Of a DNA stretch of 64,000 nt, positions 63,492 to 64,000 are shown in pieces. This DNA comes from Salpingoeca rosetta (lineage: Eukaryota; Protista; Choanoflagellata). A program made the position numbers and the translations under genes. The stretch lies in contig JAWQFM010000017.1 in the NCBI GenBank assembly GCA_033442325.1, positions 83,775 to 147,774 on the forward strand, written 5' to 3'. Each line of letters opens with the position of its first letter. Positions within the stretch are counted from its first letter, which is position 1. The notes beneath the pieces are model-generated. The model ran no database searches, was not told where the DNA came from, and saw nothing but the letters and a program-made list of their open reading frames with translations.

Positions 63492-63686
63492 CCACCACCA
63501 CCACCACCACCAGGACCGGCCGTTTGGGGACTCGGAGGAGAGTGCAGACAAGGAAGAATCTGCAAGTCTGCTCATCTTTGGCACAGTGCCGTCGCGCTGC
63601 GCCACGGAGCTCAAGGTGCTTTCCCTCATCGACTTTAAGCTCCAGGACTACGTCAAGCCAACGTTCATCACAGAGATGACCCGCAG
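61015..63686 (+). CDS. KH-domain RNA-binding protein, 5' part (likely continues beyond the window)
   Basis: Acidic N-terminal exons (61015-61132, ~61548-61821), then LSIRGRAKNVEQAKFYLDLFLNQR, LLPIPFKAAGIVSGKGGSNLRMLEQRF (GxxG loop) and LLIFGTVPSRCATELKVLSLI (63514-63686). Confidence 0.7.
63005..63075. repeat. About 33-bp tandem duplication (CACACATACAAACATCACACTACGCGCAAAACA x2) in an intron
   Basis: Directly visible. Confidence 0.85.
63398..63511. repeat. (CAT)n(CAC)n trinucleotide tract directly upstream of a splice acceptor
   Basis: Directly visible; followed by CAG|GAC at 63511-63516. Confidence 0.9.
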
Positions 63687-63915
63687 GTCCGCTGCGCAGC
63701 CGCGGTGTTGGCGTGGGGCAGTGTGATGGTGGCGTTGTTGTTGTGGCGTGGTGACGTGGTGCTTGGAGCTTGTTGTGCGAGGGTATTTACCACACAGTGT
63801 CAGTTGACACGCGCTGCACTCGCGCGCACCTTCCAAACACACAGACACACACATACATACACTCACTCTCTCACTATTTCACTCTCTCACAATCTCACTC
63901 TCACTCTTGAACCCG

Positions 63916-64000
<85 letters not shown>

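Overview
Eukaryotic, GC-rich draft-assembly DNA with (GT)n/(CA)n-filled spliceosomal introns and three 100-N gaps. The style and gene content suggest a choanoflagellate such as Salpingoeca (inference). The first 38.7 kb appears to be one giant, almost intron-free gene for a ~12,500-aa type-I membrane surface protein. Its order is: signal peptide, 9 IPT/TIG repeats, ~7 higher-order super-repeats of cadherin-like/Ig-like modules with nested proprotein-convertase P-domain pairs and a Cys-rich minidomain, 7 Cys-paired tandem-95/Big_9-like repeats with a Ser/Thr/Ser-Gly mucin insert, a furin-type RRRR site, one TM helix and a Pro/Arg-rich tail. It is split into five ORFs by two single-G slips, a microhomology deletion, and two compositionally foreign segments that sit inside near-identical internal duplications; these breaks are probably assembly artefacts. 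The remaining 25 kb holds intron-rich genes: COP9 subunit 5 (-), a PDZ/pseudo-PTP/SAM/PDZ/coiled-coil/Rab11-FIP-RBD scaffold (+), a CENP-W-like histone-fold gene (+), a NET1/ARHGEF3-like RhoGEF (-) and the 5' part of a KH-domain protein gene (+). All family assignments come from recalled motifs; no database search was run.
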